Shown one piece after another: positions 40,520-42,442 of a stretch of 42,442 nt of DNA; positions within the stretch are counted from its first letter, which is position 1; every line of letters begins with the position of its first letter. Source of the stretch: Acutalibacteraceae bacterium (GTDB taxonomy: Bacteria; Bacillota; Clostridia; Oscillospirales; Acutalibacteraceae); the NCBI GenBank assembly GCA_045615225.1, contig JAZLEK010000002.1, forward strand, positions 1 through 42,442, written 5' to 3'. Made by a program: the position numbers and the translations under genes. The notes beneath the pieces were generated by a model, which did not search any database, was not told the origin of the DNA, and worked only from the letters and a program-made list of their open reading frames with translations.

Positions 40520-42442
40520 ATGGAACACATTAACTGGAATGGATTTAATAAAGGAGTCTGGACAGACGAAATTAATGTACGCGATTTTATCCAGACAAAC
40601 TATACAGAATATACAGGGGATGAGTCCTTTCTTAGTGGCGCTACCGACAGAACAAAGGAACTTATGACAAAGCTTGAAGCTCTTTTTGCGCTTGAGCGTC
40701 AGTTTGGCGGAGTTTTAGATATTGATACCGAAACGGTTTCTTCCCTTAAAAGCTATGCGCCAGGCTATCTCGACAAAGAAAAAGAGCTTATTGTCGGACT
40801 TCAAACCAACCGCCCCTTAAGAAGAGGCGTTAATCCCTTTGGCGGAATTCGTATGGCGAGAAATGCCTGTGAAGCTTACGGATATAAACTATCGAGTAAG
40901 GTTGAAGAGGAATTTATGTTCCGCACAACCCACAACGACGGCGTTTTCAGAGCGTATACCGATGAAATGCGCGCCGCCCGTAAATCTCACATTATAACAG
41001 GTCTTCCCGATGCCTATGGTAGAGGAAGAATTATCGGCGACTACCGCAGAGTAGCTCTTTACGGCGTAGACCGTCTTATTAGTGAAAAGAAGGCCGATAA
41101 GGCTAAAATCGGTATGGGTAATATGAATTTAGAGGAAACAAAGCTTTCTGAAGAAATTTTCCAACAGATTACCTTCCTTGGCTTCCTTAAAGATATGGCG
41201 GCTATGTATGGCTATGATATAAGCGGTCCTGCAAAGAATGCAAAAGAAGCAATTCAGTGGACCTATTTTGCCTATCTTGCTTCCATCAAAGAGCAAAACG
41301 GCGCCGCTAATTCGCTTGGTCGTGTTTCCACATTTTTCGATATTTATATCGAAAGAGATATAAATGCCGGTATCTTGACCGAAGAGGGCGCGCAAGAACT
41401 TCTTGACGATTTTGTTATGAAGCTCAGAATGGCTCGACACCTTCGTACCCCTGAATACAACGAGCTTTTTGGCGGCGACCCAATGTGGATTACCGAAGCG
41501 CTCGGCGGCGTTGGCCTTGACGGCAGAACGCTTGTTACAAAAACCACCTTCAGAATGCTCAATACCCTCTATACCTTAGGTTCTTCGCCCGAACCCAATC
41601 TTACGGTTCTTTGGTCTAAAGATTTGCCTGAAGGCTTCAAAAAGTATTGCTCTAAGGTTTCTATCGATACCGATTCAATTCAGTACGAGAATGATGACCT
41701 TATGAGAGATATATACGGTGACGATTATGCTATTGCTTGCTGTGTTTCGGCAATGACTATTGGTAAGCAGATGCAATTCTTCGGTGCACGTGCTAATATA
41801 GCAAAACTCTTGCTTCTTGCCCTAAACGGCGGTTTTGATGCTCAAAGCGGCATAAAAATCGGACCTCAAACCGAGGTTATCGGTAGCGGAGTTCTTAACT
41901 ATGATGAGGTAGTTAAGCGTTTTGACACCTACCTTGCTTGGCTTAGCAATCTTTATGTTAACACAATGAATGTCATTCATTATATGCACGATAAATATGC
42001 ATATGAAAAGACCCAAATGGCGCTTCACGATACCGATGTTCATCGTTTTATGGCTTTCGGTATTGCGGGACTTTCGGTAGTTGCCGATTCACTCAGCGCA
42101 ATAAAATATGCTAAGGTTACCCCAATATTCAATGAAGAGGGCTATGTGGTCGATTTCAAAACCGAGGGCAAATTCCCCAAATATGGCAACGATGATGACA
42201 GGGTAGACCTTATTGCCAAAGATTTAGCCCATAAGGTTATAACCGAGCTCAGGAAAACACCTACCTATAGAAACGCAGAGCACACTCTGTCTGTTCTCAC
42301 TATTACTTCTAATGTTTCCTACGGCAAGCATACAGGCGCCACCCCCGACGGCAGAGAAGCAGGCGCCGCTTTTGCCCCGGGCGCTAACCCAATGCATAAC
42401 CGCGAAGAAAACGGTGCGCTTGCATCTCTTAATAAATCGGAG
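40520..42442 (+). CDS. pflB: Pyruvate formate-lyase (formate C-acetyltransferase), N-terminal 641 aa (3' end runs off the window)
   Basis: Not in the ORF track because it is open at the edge. The ATG is 6 nt after GGAGG. It reads [31 protein letters not shown]...[16 protein letters not shown], with the active-site Cys-Cys (AIACCVSAM, nt 41738..41743). No stop before the window end. Confidence 0.95.
   Translation, partial: MEHINWNGFNKGVWTDEINVRDFIQTNYTEYTGDESFLSGATDRTKELMTKLEALFALERQFGGVLDIDTETVSSLKSYAPGYLDKEKELIVGLQTNRPLRRGVNPFGGIRMARNACEAYGYKLSSKVEEEFMFRTTHNDGVFRAYTDEMRAARKSHIITGLPDAYGRGRIIGDYRRVALYGVDRLISEKKADKAKIGMGNMNLEETKLSEEIFQQITFLGFLKDMAAMYGYDISGPAKNAKEAIQWTYFAYLASIKEQNGAANSLGRVSTFFDIYIERDINAGILTEEGAQELLDDFVMKLRMARHLRTPEYNELFGGDPMWITEALGGVGLDGRTLVTKTTFRMLNTLYTLGSSPEPNLTVLWSKDLPEGFKKYCSKVSIDTDSIQYENDDLMRDIYGDDYAIACCVSAMTIGKQMQFFGARANIAKLLLLALNGGFDAQSGIKIGPQTEVIGSGVLNYDEVVKRFDTYLAWLSNLYVNTMNVIHYMHDKYAYEKTQMALHDTDVHRFMAFGIAGLSVVADSLSAIKYAKVTPIFNEEGYVVDFKTEGKFPKYGNDDDRVDLIAKDLAHKVITELRKTPTYRNAEHTLSVLTITSNVSYGKHTGATPDGREAGAAFAPGANPMHNREENGALASLNKSE

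Noticed and set aside
1-42442. Mobile elements, prophage, defence islands, toxin-antitoxin pairs, tRNA/rRNA genes
   Set aside because: Reading both strands, I found no transposase, integrase, phage structural, restriction, Cas or TA-like ORFs and no tRNA-like cloverleaf regions. The window is core-genome-like. The only mobility-suggestive sequence is the small hairpin element at 28745..28890.

Overview
This 42.4-kb window looks like core chromosome from a low-GC anaerobic Firmicute, probably Clostridia-like. The taxonomic call is an inference from gene content: clostridial 2x[4Fe-4S] ferredoxin, PduL, pyruvate formate-lyase, the GGGtGRT/NifU-like pair and RicT/YaaT. About 40 genes are densely packed in co-directional blocks with frequent start/stop overlaps. 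I found no transposase, integrase, phage gene, CRISPR array, tRNA/rRNA gene or recognisable defence system.

Gene content by theme:
- Purine, folate, thymidylate and one-carbon metabolism: purC, thyX, a tmk-like kinase, 5-formyl-THF cyclo-ligase, folD, pflB.
- Cell envelope: mltG, a class B PBP, lgt, htrA, and an ECF sigma factor with a membrane beta-propeller partner.
- Alpha-glucan catabolism: a GH13 enzyme plus glgP.
- Proteostasis: lon, an M16 peptidase pair.
- Replication and translation: holB, trpS, engB.

Three coding regions are absent from the ORF track:
- A 56-aa ferredoxin (5039..5209, minus).
- A 53-aa membrane peptide (22589..22750, minus).
- Two ORFs open at the window edges: the GGGtGRT N-terminus (1..405, minus) and pflB (40520..42442, plus).

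The clearest non-coding feature is a ZTP (pfl-motif) riboswitch with a terminator expression platform, placed between a consensus sigma-A promoter and pflB. Two intergenic stretches (about 9045..9262 and 28745..28890) are hairpin-rich, non-coding and unexplained.

The most system-like uncharacterised candidates are:
- the ECF sigma with its overlapping membrane-anchored beta-propeller protein;
- the abutting DUF2156 (MprF C-terminal-like) and GNAT pair just downstream of lysA;
- the NifU-like/GGGtGRT pair;
- a 557-aa membrane protein with a large ectodomain.

None of these can be assigned a new function from sequence alone. All family calls rest on motifs read by eye, not on database searches.
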